From contig JAVKHO010000028.1 in NCBI GenBank assembly GCA_031459915.1, positions 1-19,654 on the forward strand: a stretch of DNA of 19,654 nt. Direction: 5' to 3'. The notes beneath the pieces are model-generated. The model worked only from the letters and a program-made list of their open reading frames with translations, had not been told where the DNA came from and did no database searches. Source of the stretch: Candidatus Tepidifontimicrobium thermophilum (GTDB taxonomy: Bacteria > Sysuimicrobiota > Sysuimicrobiia > Sysuimicrobiales > Sysuimicrobiaceae). The position numbers and the translations under genes were made by a program. The first letter of the stretch is position 1. Each line of letters starts with the position of its first letter. This document shows, piece after piece, positions 8,430 through 18,865 of this stretch.

Positions 8430-10020
8430 CCGCTTGCCGCCTCCCGAGCTGCTGCCGGAGTTCCTGTTCGAGCTGCCGGAGCTGCAGTACCCGGAGCGCC
8501 TGAACTGCGCCGGCCCGCTGCTGGACCGGTGGGTCGCCACCGGCGGTGGGGAGCGGGTGGCTCTGCGGGCGCCCGGACTGACCTGGACGTACCGGGACCT
8601 GTGGGTGCACGCGAACCGCGTCGCCCGGGTGCTGACCGAGGATTTCGCGCTGCAGCCCGGAAACCGCGTGCTCCTGAGGGCCCCCAACCACCCCATGCTG
8701 GCTGCGTGCTGGTTCGGGGTGGTGAAGGCCGGTGGCGTGGTGGTCACCACCATGCCTTTGCTCCGGCAGAAGGAACTGACCGACATCCTCACCAAGGCGG
8801 AGGTCAGCCACGTGGTGTGCGACGTCCGGCTGCGGGAGGAGCTGGACGCCGCGGTGGCGCGGTGCCCCTGGGTCCGCGAGGTGGTGTACTTCGGGGACGA
8901 CGCTCCGGGCAGTCTCGAGGCCCGCATGGCGCGTAAAACCCAGGACTTCCAGAACGTGGACACCGCCTGCGACGACCCGGTTCTCATCGCCTTCACCTCG
9001 GGGACCACGGGCAAGCCCAAAGGGTGCGTGCACTTCCACCGGGACGTGCTGGCCATCTGCGACACCTTCGCCCGGCACGTGGTCCGGGCCACGCCGGACG
9101 ACGTGTTCATCGGAAGCCCGCCCCTGGCCTTCACCTACGGGCTGGGAGGGCTCCTGGTGTTCCCCCTGCGGATCGGGGCCAGCAGCGTGCTGCTGGAGCG
9201 GGCGGGGCCGGACGAGCTGCTGGAGGGGATCGAGCGGTACGGCGCCACGGTGTGCTTCACCGCTCCCACCGCGTACCGGGCCATGGCCCCCAAGACGGGC
9301 GGACGCAGGCCTGGACAGCTCCGGAAGTGCGTGTCCGCGGGTGAAGTCCTGCCGGCGTCCACGCGGCTGCAGTGGCGCGAGGCCACGGGGATCGAGATCC
9401 TCGACGGCATCGGGTCCACGGAGATGCTGCACATCTTCATCTCCCACACGGAGGAGGAGGCGAAGCCCGGGGCCACGGGGAAGCCCGTGCCCGGCTACCG
9501 GGCCTGCGTGCTGGACGACGAGGGCCGCCCGCTGCCTGCGGGCACGGTGGGCCGGCTGGCGGTGAGGGGCCCTACGGGGTGCCGCTACCTGGACGACCCG
9601 CGGCAGCGGGACTACGTGCAGGGCGGGTGGAACGTGACGGGCGACGCGTATCTGGTGGACGAGGACGGCTACTTCGTGTACCAGGCCCGGACCGACGACC
9701 TCATCATCTCCGCCGGGTACAACATCGCGCCCGCGGAGGTGGAGGAGGCCCTGCTGACCCACCCCGCGGTCGCGGAGTGCGGGGTGGTGGGCGTCCCGGA
9801 CCCGGAGCGGGGCCAGGTGGTGCGGGCCTACGTGGTCCTGCGTCCGGGGTTCGCGCGAGGTCCGGAGATGGTGCGCGAGCTGCAGGAGCACGTGAAGGCC
9901 CGACTTGCCCCGTACAAGTACCCGCGGCAGGTGGAGTTCTGCGGGGAGCTGCCCAGGACGGAGACAGGCAAACTCCAGCGCTTCCGGCTCCGGGAGTGGG
10001 CCCGCGGGGGAGTCCAGTAG
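8392..10020 (+). CDS. abmG: 2-aminobenzoate (anthranilate)-CoA ligase, benzoate-CoA ligase family, about 542 aa
   Basis: ATG 8392 after GGAGGGGGGAG. N-terminus [17 protein letters not shown]...[12 protein letters not shown]-loop [62 protein letters not shown]. Context with abmA supports the substrate call. Confidence 0.85.
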   Translation: MAQTALVDRFVLDRLPPPELLPEFLFELPELQYPERLNCAGPLLDRWVATGGGERVALRAPGLTWTYRDLWVHANRVARVLTEDFALQPGNRVLLRAPNHPMLAACWFGVVKAGGVVVTTMPLLRQKELTDILTKAEVSHVVCDVRLREELDAAVARCPWVREVVYFGDDAPGSLEARMARKTQDFQNVDTACDDPVLIAFTSGTTGKPKGCVHFHRDVLAICDTFARHVVRATPDDVFIGSPPLAFTYGLGGLLVFPLRIGASSVLLERAGPDELLEGIERYGATVCFTAPTAYRAMAPKTGGRRPGQLRKCVSAGEVLPASTRLQWREATGIEILDGIGSTEMLHIFISHTEEEAKPGATGKPVPGYRACVLDDEGRPLPAGTVGRLAVRGPTGCRYLDDPRQRDYVQGGWNVTGDAYLVDEDGYFVYQARTDDLIISAGYNIAPAEVEEALLTHPAVAECGVVGVPDPERGQVVRAYVVLRPGFARGPEMVRELQEHVKARLAPYKYPRQVEFCGELPRTETGKLQRFRLREWARGGVQ

Positions 10021-10048
10021 AGGGCTTCGGTGGAAGCGGAGGGACCCG

Positions 10049-10516
10049 ATGGAGATCCTGCAGCCCGTGCGGTGGAAGCGGCCCCGGGGCTACAGCCACG
10101 GCGTGGTGGCCCGGGGAACGTGGGTGTTCGTGGCCGGGATGGTGGGCTGGGACAACGCCTGTGAGGAGTTCGACAGCCTGGACTTCGTGGACCAGGCCCG
10201 CCGGGCGCTGGAGAACATCGTGGCGGTCCTGGAGGAGGCAGGGGCTCGACCCGAGCACCTGGTCCGGCTCACCTGGTACGTCACGGACCGGGACGAGTAC
10301 CTGAGCTCCCTGGAGCGGCTCGGCCAGGTGTACCGGGAGGTGATCGGCCGTCACTACCCCGCCATGTCCGTGGTGGAGGTGAAGGGGCTCGTGGAGCCCG
10401 GGGCCAAGGTGGAGATCGAGGCCACCGCGGTGATCCCGGACGGCGAGGGCGAACCCGGGCGGCCAGCGGTTTTTGGCGAAAACAGAAACACCCACGGAAG
10501 GGGGGAAGACACGTGA
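10049..10516 (+). CDS. Rid (YjgF/YER057c/UK114) family protein, about 155 aa
   Basis: ATG 10049 after GGAGGGA. PRGYSHGV, VFVAGMVGWD, QARRALENI..VLEEAG, YPAMSVVEVKGLVEPGAKVEIEATAV. Confidence 0.92.
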   Translation: MEILQPVRWKRPRGYSHGVVARGTWVFVAGMVGWDNACEEFDSLDFVDQARRALENIVAVLEEAGARPEHLVRLTWYVTDRDEYLSSLERLGQVYREVIGRHYPAMSVVEVKGLVEPGAKVEIEATAVIPDGEGEPGRPAVFGENRNTHGRGEDT

Positions 10517-11694
10517 GGAGCAGGTGGGTAGTCGGCGTGGTGGTGGTGCTGGCCAGCTCGCTCCTGGTGTCCGGGATGGCGGGTGGCCAGGCCCGGACGC
10601 TCCGGGTCGGGTTCGTCAGCACCCTGTCGGGAGGTGGTGCGGCACTGGGGCAGGACGTTCTGGACGCCTTCCAGCTGGCCGTCCGTCACCTGGGCGGGCG
10701 GCTGGGCGGCCTGCCCGTGGAGGTGCTGACCGCGGACGACCAGCTGAACCCGGACGTGGCCCGTGCCGCGGTGGAGCGGTTCCTGCGCAGGGACCGGGTG
10801 GACCTGGTGACGGGCATCATCTTCTCCAACGTGCTCCTGGCGGTGGGAGACCTGGTGTTCAGTAGCGGGGTCTTCTACATCAGCCCCAACGCCGGCCCGT
10901 CCGAGTACGCGGGGGAGCAGTGCAACCTGCACTTCCTCAACGTGGCGTGGCAGAACGACAACATGCACGAGGCCATGGGGCACTACGCGACCCTGAAGAA
11001 CTACGAGACCGCCTTCATCCTGGCCCCCAACTACCCCGCGGGCCGGGACGCCCTGGCCGGGTTCAAGCGGTTCTACAAGGGGCGCGTGGTCAGCGAGGTC
11101 TACACGAGGCTCGGACAGCTGGACTACTCCGCGGAGATCGCGCAGATCCGGGCCGCCCGGCCCCGGGCCGTCTACGCCTTCTACCCGGGAGCCATGGGGG
11201 TGAACTTCATCAAGCAGTACGCGGAGGCGGGCCTCATGCAGCAGGTGCAGCTACTGGTGCCGGGCTTCTCCGCGGACGCGGACGTGATCCGCGCGGTGGG
11301 CAAGCCCATGGTGGGGGTATTCAACAGCTCCCACTGGGCGCTGGAGCTGTTTAACCCCATCAACCGCCGGTTCGTGGAGGACTTCCGGCGCAGCTACGGG
11401 CGGATCCCGACCCTGTACGCGGCGCAGGGGTACGACACCGCCCTGGCCATCGACCACGGGCTGCGGGCGGTGGCCGGGGACCTGGGCCGGAAGGCGGAGT
11501 TCCGCAAGGCCATCCTGTCGGGGTTCGACAGCACCCGGGGCCGGGTGCGGTTCAGCAAGAACGGCTACCCGATCCAGGACTACTACCTGAGGCAGGTGGT
11601 GGAGCTGCCGAACGGGGAGATTGTGAACCGGCTGCGGGGGACCATCTTCCGCAACCACGGGGATGCCTACGTGGAGAAGTGCCGGCTCCCCTGA
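10513..11694 (+). CDS. ABC transporter substrate-binding protein (Liv/HAAT class, aromatic-acid type), 393 aa
   Basis: GTGA overlap. Sec-type signal peptide (MRSRWVVGVVVVLASSLLVSGMAGGQA); VGFVSTLSG, IIFSNVLLAV, YISPNAGPS, AWQND, PNYPAGRD, YAAQGYD. Confidence 0.9.
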   Translation: MRSRWVVGVVVVLASSLLVSGMAGGQARTLRVGFVSTLSGGGAALGQDVLDAFQLAVRHLGGRLGGLPVEVLTADDQLNPDVARAAVERFLRRDRVDLVTGIIFSNVLLAVGDLVFSSGVFYISPNAGPSEYAGEQCNLHFLNVAWQNDNMHEAMGHYATLKNYETAFILAPNYPAGRDALAGFKRFYKGRVVSEVYTRLGQLDYSAEIAQIRAARPRAVYAFYPGAMGVNFIKQYAEAGLMQQVQLLVPGFSADADVIRAVGKPMVGVFNSSHWALELFNPINRRFVEDFRRSYGRIPTLYAAQGYDTALAIDHGLRAVAGDLGRKAEFRKAILSGFDSTRGRVRFSKNGYPIQDYYLRQVVELPNGEIVNRLRGTIFRNHGDAYVEKCRLP

Positions 11695-11719
11695 AGCGGG
11701 CTCCTGAGCGGAGGGTCCC

Positions 11720-12640
11720 GTGCCCGTCTCCCTGGTGCTGGAGCAGCTGCTGAACGGCCTGCAGTTCGGGCTGATGCTGTTCCTCCTGTCCGCGGGGCTG
11801 ACCCTGGTCCTCGGGATGATGGACGTGGTCAACCTGGCGCAGGGGTCCCTTTACATGCTGGGCGCGTACTTCGCTGCCACGCTGGCTGCTGCCACCGGCT
11901 CCTTCTGGGCCGGGCTGGCGGGTGCGGTGCTGGCCACCGCCCTGGTGGCGCTGCTGCTGGAGGCCTCCGTCCTGCGGCGGGTGTACGGGGCTGACCACCT
12001 GACCCAGGTGCTGGCCACCTTCGCCCTGATCCTGGTGTTCAACGAGGCGGTGCGCGCCCTCTGGGGCCCGCAGGCGCTGCTGCTGTCCGTGCCTCCCGAG
12101 CTGGCGCGTCCGGTGACGCTGCTGCCCGGACTCAGCTACTCCGCATACCGGCTGACCGTCATCGGGGCGGGTGCGCTTTTTGCGGTGGGGATGTTCCTGT
12201 TCATCCACCGGACCCGGGTGGGGATGTGGGTGCGGGCGGGCGCGTCCAACCGGCGCATGGCGCAGGCCATGGGGGTGCCCATCCGCAGGGTTTTTACGGG
12301 CGTGTTCGTGACGGGCGCGGCTCTCAGCGCGGTGGCCGGCGCGCTCCTGGGCCCCATCTTCGCCGTCCAGGTGGGCATGGGGGAGGATGTGCTGATCCTG
12401 GCCTTCGTGGCCATCGTGATCGGCGGCATCGGCTCGGTGAAGGGGTCCCTGGTGGGTTCGTTGCTGGTGGGCGTGGTGGACACCGCGGGCCGCGCGTTTC
12501 TCCCCTCAGCGTTCGGCCTTCTGTTCGCCCCTGAAGTGGCCTCCAACCTCGGGCCCACGGTGGCGTCGGTGCTCATCTACCTGCTGATGGCGGTGGTCCT
12601 GTTCGTGCGTCCCAGGGGCCTGTTTCCCGTGCACGGGTAG
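11720..12640 (+). CDS. ABC transporter permease, LivH-like, 306 aa
   Basis: QLLNGLQFG.MLFLLSAGLTLVLGMMDVVNLAQGSLYM, TRVGMWVRAGASN, AFVAIVIGGIGS, RPRGLF; multiple TM segments. Confidence 0.92.
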   Translation: MPVSLVLEQLLNGLQFGLMLFLLSAGLTLVLGMMDVVNLAQGSLYMLGAYFAATLAAATGSFWAGLAGAVLATALVALLLEASVLRRVYGADHLTQVLATFALILVFNEAVRALWGPQALLLSVPPELARPVTLLPGLSYSAYRLTVIGAGALFAVGMFLFIHRTRVGMWVRAGASNRRMAQAMGVPIRRVFTGVFVTGAALSAVAGALLGPIFAVQVGMGEDVLILAFVAIVIGGIGSVKGSLVGSLLVGVVDTAGRAFLPSAFGLLFAPEVASNLGPTVASVLIYLLMAVVLFVRPRGLFPVHG

Positions 12641-12643
12641 CCG

Positions 12644-13620
12644 ATGCGGGCCCGGGACCTTTCCGTGGAGCAGGCCCGGCGCGCCGGCGTGGCGCTGCCC
12701 CGGGCCTTCGTCCTCTGGGGGGCAGGCTCGGTGGCCGGGCTGGTCCTCCTGGCGTTTCCTGCTCTGGCTCAAGCGCTGGAGTGGTCCTACTACCTCAGCC
12801 TGGCCACCAAGGCCCTGATCCTGGTCCTGGCCGCCAGCGCCCTGAACCTCGTTTTGGGCTACGGCGGGCTGGTGAGCTTCGGGCACGCCACCTACTACGG
12901 GCTGGGTGCGTACACCGTGGCGGTCCTGGCCCGGGAAGGGGTCCGTCAGGCGTGGCTGGTGTGGCCCGCGGCGGTGGCCGTGGCGGCCCTGGCGGCTCTG
13001 GCCATCGGGGCGGTGTGCCTGCGCACCCGGGGCCTGTACTTCATCATGATCACCCTGGCGTTCGCGCAGATGGTGTACTACTTCGTGGTCTCCTTCAAGC
13101 AGTACGGGGGCCAGGACGGGCTGCGGGCGCCGCGCACCGACTTCGGCCTCCCCCTGGGGGACGCGGAGGTGTACTACCTGAGCCTCCTCCTGGTGGCCGC
13201 GAGCCTGTTCTTCCTCTGGCGGCTGGTGCACGCCCGCTTCGGCCGGGCCCTGCAGGCAGCCCGGGACAACGAGGTGCGGGCCACCACGGTGGGCTTCCCC
13301 GTGTACCGGATCCAGCTGGTGGCGTTCGTGATCTCGGGAGCCCTCACCGGGCTTGCGGGCGCCCTGATGGCGCACCACACCCAGTACGTCTCGCCCGCCA
13401 TGTTGAGCTGGCCGCAGTCGGGCCACTTCATGTTCATGGTCATCCTGGGCGGGGTGGGGCGGTTCTGGGCCGGGCTGCTGGGAGCGGGAGCCATGGTCCT
13501 GATCGAGGAACTGTTCCACTCCCTCACCGTGTCCTGGCAGCTGTACGTGGGCCTGACGCTGCTGGCGGTGGTCCTGCTGGCCCCGAGGGGGCTCGCGGGG
13601 CTGGTGGAGGGACGGCGGCG

Positions 13621-13624
<4 letters not shown>
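12644..13624 (+). CDS. ABC transporter permease, LivM-like, 326 aa
   Basis: LNLVLGYGGLVSFGHA, RTRGLYFIMITLAFAQM, GGQDGL, FGRALQAARDNE, MVILGG, APRGLAG. The start could be slightly downstream. Confidence 0.92.
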
Positions 13625-15122
<1,498 letters not shown>

Positions 15123-15126
<4 letters not shown>

Positions 15127-15908
15127 GCAGCACGGACCTGGTCGGGCGCGTGGCGGTGGTCACAGGGGGAGGCCGTGGGGTGGGCCGCGCGTGCGCGTTA
15201 GAGCTGGCACAGCGGGGAGCCTCGGTGGCGGTGCTGAGCCGTACGGCGGAACAGGTCCGCCGGGTGGCGGAGGAGGTGCAGGCCATCGGGAGCCCTGGCC
15301 TGGCTGTCGCCTGCGACGTGACCCACCGCGGACAGGTGGAGGAAGCCCTGAGGCAGGTGCGCAGCCAGCTGGGGCCGGTGACGGTCCTGGTGGCTGCGGC
15401 CGGCGTGGCCCGCGGCAGTCCGTTTCTCGAGACCTCCGACGAGGACTGGGAGGAGCACCTTCGGACCAACGTCACGGGCGCCTTCTACGCCATCCGGGCG
15501 GCCCTGCCGGACATGCTGGCGGCAGGTTGGGGACGGGTGGTGGCCGTGGCCAGCGTCGCGTCGAAGGCGGGTTCCCGCTACACCGCGGCGTACACCGCGT
15601 CCAAGCATGCGCTGCTGGGTCTGGTGCGTTGCGTGGCGGTGGAGTTCGCCGACCGCGGGATCACCGCCAACGCGGTGTGCCCGGGCTACCTGGACACGGA
15701 CATGACGGAGGCCAACGTGCACCGCATCGCTGCGCGCACGGGCAGACCGCCGGAGGAAGTGCGGCGGGCGCTGGAACGCACGAGCCCTCAGGGCCGCCTG
15801 TTCACGCCCGAGGAGGTGGCCTCCCTGGTGGGGTACCTGTGCTCGGAGGCCGCTGCGGGCGTCAACGGTCAGGGGATCGTGCTGGACGGCGGTGCCGTGC
15901 AGTCGTGA
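15123..15908 (+). CDS. Short-chain dehydrogenase/reductase (3-hydroxyacyl-CoA dehydrogenase-like), about 261 aa
   Basis: GTGA overlap with the ATPase stop. VVTGGGRGVG, CDVT, VASVAS, YTASK, NAVCPGYLDTDM, NGQGIVLDGG. Confidence 0.93.
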
Positions 15909-15920
15909 GGGGGTGGGCTG

Positions 15921-17531
15921 ATGGTGACCTATGAGGACGTGCCGCAGCGGTTCAACGTGGCCCGCTACTTCCTCCACCGCCACCTGGAGGAGGGCCGTGC
16001 GGACCGCCCGGCCCTGTACAGCGGAGACCGGGCGGTCACCTACCGGGAGCTGGCGGAGCTTTCGAACCGCACCGCCCATGTGCTGCGGGAGCTGGGGGTG
16101 GAGCCCGAGGACCGGGTGCTGCTCGCGCTTTCGGACGGCGTGGAGTTCGTGGCCGCTTGGTACGCGGTGGTGGGGATGGGTGCGGTCTCCGCAGAAGTGT
16201 ACACGTACCTCCACGCTCACGACTACGCCTACTACCTGGACTACGCCCGGCCCCGGGTGGTGCTGACGGACGCCACCACGCACGGGCGCGTGCGGGAGGC
16301 GGCGCGGGAGGTGGGCTTCCGCGGGAAGCTAGTGGCGGTGGGCGTCTCGGAGCTGGAGCCTGGAGAGGTGGACTTCCACCACGCGGTCTGTGGGGCGCCC
16401 GTAGAGCCGATCCTGGCGGACACCCCCAAGGACCAGTTCGCCCTGTGGAAGTTCACCACCGGCACCACGGGCCGGCCCAAGGCCGTGGTGCACTGCCACT
16501 ACGCCCCTTACCTGAGCTTCTGGAACTACGCCCAGGAGGTCATCCGGTACACTCCGGAGGACGTGGTGCTGCCGGTGCCCAAGCTGTTCTTCGGATACGC
16601 GCGGGACTGCACGGCCCTGTTCCCGTTCGGGGTGGGTGCCGCGGGCGTGGTGTTCCCGGAGCGCTCCACCCCCGAGCGGATCTTCGAGCTGGTGGCGCGG
16701 TACCGGCCCACGGTGCTGGTGCAGGTCCCCACCATGATGCGGGCCATGGTCGAGCACCCCGAAGCGCACCGTTACGACCTCTCGTGCGTTCGCCTTGCCA
16801 CCTCTGCGGGGGAGGCGCTACCCGCGGAGCTGTACGCCCGGTGGAAGCAGAAGTTCGGCGTGGAGGTGGTGGACGGCATCGGCTCGTCGGAGCTGTACCA
16901 CATCTACATCTCAAACCGGCCCGGAGAAGTCCGCCCCGGGAGCGTGGGCCGCCCGTGCCCGGGCTACCGGGCGGAGGTCCGGGACCCCGAGGGCCACCCC
17001 CTGCCCGCGGGAGAGGTCGGGGAGCTGTGGGTGTGGGGAGAGACCGCGGCGGTGATGTACTGGCTGGACCGCGGGAAGTCTGTGCGGACCTTCCACGGGA
17101 ACTGGGTGCGCACGGGCGACCTGTTCCGACAGGACGCGGACGGCTTCCTGTGGTACCAGGGCCGCGCGGACGACCTCATGAAGGTAGGCGGCGTGTGGGT
17201 GGCTCCCCTCGAAGTGGAGGAGTGCCTACTCCGGCACCCCCTGGTGCGGGAGTGCGCGGTGGTCCCGGAACTCCGCGGGGGCCTGACCGTACCGGTGGCG
17301 TACGTGGCGCCTCGGGACCCCGCGGAGGCAGGGCCTGAACTCGCCCGGCAGCTCCAGCAGTACGTGCGGGAACACCTCAGCCCCCACAAGTACCCCCGGG
17401 AGGTGCGGTTCGTGGAGGCGTTGCCGCGCACGCCCTCAGGCAAGGTGGACCGCAGGAAGCTGCGGGAGACGGCGGAGCCTTCAGGGGCTGCGGCCGAACC
17501 GGCCGGGCCGGTCTCGGCCTCGCCCTTCTAG
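15921..17531 (+). CDS. Second benzoate-CoA ligase family (aryl-CoA ligase) protein, 536 aa
   Basis: FNVARYFL, WKFTTGTTGRPKAVVH, PKLFFGY, SAGEALP, DGIGSSELYHIYISN, TGDLF, GRADDLMKVGG.WV.P.EVE, HKYPR, PRTPSGK. Confidence 0.9.
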   Translation: MVTYEDVPQRFNVARYFLHRHLEEGRADRPALYSGDRAVTYRELAELSNRTAHVLRELGVEPEDRVLLALSDGVEFVAAWYAVVGMGAVSAEVYTYLHAHDYAYYLDYARPRVVLTDATTHGRVREAAREVGFRGKLVAVGVSELEPGEVDFHHAVCGAPVEPILADTPKDQFALWKFTTGTTGRPKAVVHCHYAPYLSFWNYAQEVIRYTPEDVVLPVPKLFFGYARDCTALFPFGVGAAGVVFPERSTPERIFELVARYRPTVLVQVPTMMRAMVEHPEAHRYDLSCVRLATSAGEALPAELYARWKQKFGVEVVDGIGSSELYHIYISNRPGEVRPGSVGRPCPGYRAEVRDPEGHPLPAGEVGELWVWGETAAVMYWLDRGKSVRTFHGNWVRTGDLFRQDADGFLWYQGRADDLMKVGGVWVAPLEVEECLLRHPLVRECAVVPELRGGLTVPVAYVAPRDPAEAGPELARQLQQYVREHLSPHKYPREVRFVEALPRTPSGKVDRRKLRETAEPSGAAAEPAGPVSASPF

Positions 17532-18287
17532 CACCGCGCGGATCGTGTCCACGAGTAGGTCCGTGAGGGTCTCGAAGGTGCCACGCCCCTCCTCCTGGGT
17601 GGCCGCGGCCGGCGATCCGCAGTAGGCCTGCTCCATCCCCATGGCCTGGAAGTCCCGGAGCCCCGACCTCAGGGCCCCAGGCAGGTCCACAGGCACGTCC
17701 GGAAGAGCCCGCATGGCCTGCACGTCCACCAGCTCGGGACGTTCCGCCAGGACCAGGGAGGTCTCGTAGCGGCCGGCGTGGCAGGAACCGCTGCGGAACT
17801 CTTCCCCCAGCAGCTCCGCCCGCGCCCGACGGGTGAGGTCCAGGTAGCCCACCACCACGCCGGTGCTGGCCTCCACGGCGTCCAGGGCCGCGTGCAGCGC
17901 CTGGACGTGTTCTGGTTCGAAGTGGTTGTTGACCACCACGATCCAGCGGAACCCCTGGCGGACGAGGGAGGTGCACACGTCCGTCACGAGGGCCTGCAGG
18001 CTCTGTGGGGCGATGCCCACCGTGCCGGGAAACCCGGAAGCGCACCGGGTGACACCGTACGCGACAGGAGGCAGGACCAACACCCGGACCTGGGGGTCGT
18101 CCCGGAGCCGTTCTGCGGCCCGCCGGCACATGCCCAGGGAGATGAAAAGGTCGGTGCCCAGGGGGGCGTGCGGCCCGTGGGCCTCCACCGCGCCCACGGG
18201 CAGCAGGAGGACCGGCCTGCGGTGGTGAGAGAGCAGCTCCCGCGCCGCCGGCCAGGACAGGTCTGCGAAGCCGTGGTCCGTCGCCAC
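17481..18287 (-). CDS. Creatininase-family metal-dependent amidohydrolase, 268 aa
   Basis: GTG 18287 after GGGGAA. LSWP, LLLPVGAVEAHGPHAPLGTD, YG...FPGT, VNNHFEPEH, CHAGRYETS: the binuclear metal ligand pattern of the creatininase/ArfB/MftE family. Confidence 0.9.
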   Translation of the reverse strand: MATDHGFADLSWPAARELLSHHRRPVLLLPVGAVEAHGPHAPLGTDLFISLGMCRRAAERLRDDPQVRVLVLPPVAYGVTRCASGFPGTVGIAPQSLQALVTDVCTSLVRQGFRWIVVVNNHFEPEHVQALHAALDAVEASTGVVVGYLDLTRRARAELLGEEFRSGSCHAGRYETSLVLAERPELVDVQAMRALPDVPVDLPGALRSGLRDFQAMGMEQAYCGSPAAATQEEGRGTFETLTDLLVDTIRAVLEGRGRDRPGRFGRSP

Positions 18288-18459
18288 CGGGTTCCCCGCA
18301 GGCCGAAGGGGCCGCCGTGTCCGGCAGCACCGACCTCGCCCTGCACGCTGGCTCGCTGGTTCGCCACCGGGACCGCCAGCTCCTGCGCCAGCGCTCGGAT
18401 GCCAGGCACCGCCTGCGGGTGTTGCGGCGCGCTGCAGGTAGACTCTTCCGCGTAGACAC

Positions 18460-18488
18460 TTGCACGCGCCCTGCCGGCTCCCTAGGCT
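18460..18488 (+). promoter_or_regulatory. Putative sigma70-type promoter of the HTH-peptidase pair
   Basis: TTGCAC (18460-18465), 17 nt, TAGGCT (18483-18488), ending 11 nt before the ATG at 18500. Confidence 0.6.
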
Positions 18489-18499
18489 TGTAAGCGGAC

Positions 18500-18865
18500 A
18501 TGCGCAGGCCCGGCGAGACCGAGACCCTCGGCGCTTACGTCCGTCAGGCCAGGGTGCGGCGGGGCGTGACTTTGCGCCAGCTGGCAGGCCAGCTCGGGAT
18601 CACCCCTTCTTACTTGAGCGACATCGAGAACGACCGGCGCGTGCCCTCTCAGGAGGTGCTGGAGGGGATCTCCCGCCACCTGCGTCTGGACCTGGACGAG
18701 CTGCTGGCGAGGGCGGGCCGGCTGGATCCGGAGACGCAGGAGTACTTGAAGCGCTCCCCGGCCGCCATCCGGCTGTTCCGGAGGATCGCCGCGCACCGGC
18801 TGGACGAGGAGGCTCTGGCGAAGCTGGAGAAGAGCGCGGAGCAGCTCGGGCAGCGGAAGAAATGA
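18500..18865 (+). CDS. XRE-family helix-turn-helix repressor (ImmR/CapH-like), 121 aa
   Basis: LGAYVRQARVRRGVTLRQLAGQLGITPSYLSDIENDRRVPS...LDELLARAGR is a typical HTH_XRE domain. Confidence 0.92.
   Translation: MRRPGETETLGAYVRQARVRRGVTLRQLAGQLGITPSYLSDIENDRRVPSQEVLEGISRHLRLDLDELLARAGRLDPETQEYLKRSPAAIRLFRRIAAHRLDEEALAKLEKSAEQLGQRKK

Noticed and set aside
17481..18287. Calling the amidohydrolase mftE or a true creatininase
   Set aside because: No mycofactocin or creatine-pathway genes are nearby; only family-level assignment is supported.
18288..18459. Possible gene remnant, tRNA or att site at the junction before the HTH gene
   Set aside because: No cloverleaf, no recognisable motif in the frames I read, and no matching direct repeat in the window.
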